Source of the DNA: Alphaproteobacteria bacterium
GTDB taxonomy: Bacteria > Pseudomonadota > Alphaproteobacteria > GCA-2731375
Length of the DNA stretch: 64,000 nucleotides
Assembly: GCA_965232515.1 (NCBI GenBank)
Contig: CBDDPY010000002.1
Coordinates: 2,848,001 to 2,912,000 of the forward strand
Direction: 5' to 3'
Positions 63,537 to 64,000 of the stretch are shown piece after piece. The position numbers and the translations under genes are program-made. The stretch's first letter is position 1; every line of letters starts with the position of its first letter. Under the pieces are notes generated by a model that ran no database searches, was not told the DNA's origin, and worked only from the letters and a program-made list of their open reading frames with translations.

Positions 63537-64000
63537 TCAATGCGCCTTCAGGAAGCCCATCAGGGTCTCTGTGTAGATCGCGGCCTGCTCGACATTGGCG
63601 ATGTGGCGAGCGTCGCCGATCACCGCGAGCTGCGCGTCGGCAATGCCGTTCTTGATGGTTTCCGCCGCCTCGACCGTCGTGGAGGGGTCGTCCTCGCCGG
63701 CGATCACCAAGGTCGGCGTCTTGATCTCGCCCAGACGGTCCGTGTAGTCGAGTGTCGAAATCGCCTGGCAGCAGCCGACATAGCCGGCGACCGGCGTGCT
63801 CAGGATCTCCGAGCGGATCCGCTCGACGCCGTCGCCGTTCTCGGCGAAGTACGACGGCGTGAACCAGCGCTCCAGCGTCGGCTCCGCCAGCGCCGCCATG
63901 CCGTCGGTCCGCGCCATGGCGATGCGCTCATCCCACATCGGCTTGGCCTCGCCCGGCACCCGGCTGGTGGTGTTGCTCAACGTCAGCGACGCCAAGCGGT
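63537..64000 (-). CDS. pcaD: 3-oxoadipate enol-lactonase-like alpha/beta hydrolase (5'-partial)
   Basis: W.ERI..AR..GM, TLERWFT, GY.GCC.AI, PTLVIAGEDDPST, HIANVEQ; runs off window end. Confidence 0.8.
   Translation of the reverse strand, partial: RLASLTLSNTTSRVPGEAKPMWDERIAMARTDGMAALAEPTLERWFTPSYFAENGDGVERIRSEILSTPVAGYVGCCQAISTLDYTDRLGEIKTPTLVIAGEDDPSTTVEAAETIKNGIADAQLAVIGDARHIANVEQAAIYTETLMGFLKAH

Noticed and set aside
1-64000. CRISPR array, tRNA/rRNA, prophage, transposase or defence system
   Set aside because: No spaced direct repeats, cloverleafs or hallmark protein motifs seen by eye.

Overview
GC-rich chromosomal window (by eye about two-thirds G+C), most likely from an Alphaproteobacterium (inferred from gene content, codon style and intergenic palindromic repeats). 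It is densely coding, with about 67 CDS, mostly catabolic: acyl-CoA metabolism, a peptide-type ABC operon, ureide/hydantoin-type hydrolases, an ars operon, an RND pump, two class III nucleotide cyclases, two cytochrome P460-fold proteins, an orphan di-iron protein and pyrF. I saw no rRNA, tRNA, CRISPR array, transposase or integrase. The strongest hidden signals are: (1) a probable selenoprotein at 8547-9308 that the ORF track splits, with an in-frame TGA giving a U-T-S-C glutaredoxin motif fused to a DinB-like domain and a candidate SECIS hairpin; (2) an unannotated ~90-nt sRNA at 50815-50903 (-), bounded by a near-consensus sigma54 promoter and an intrinsic terminator, with a C-rich loop and an anti-Shine-Dalgarno motif; (3) a truncated globin translationally coupled to an adenylate cyclase; (4) a palindromic operator shared by two MarR paralogues 26 kb apart; (5) at least four kinds of intergenic palindromic element. 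All calls come from reading motifs; no database search or RNA folding was run.
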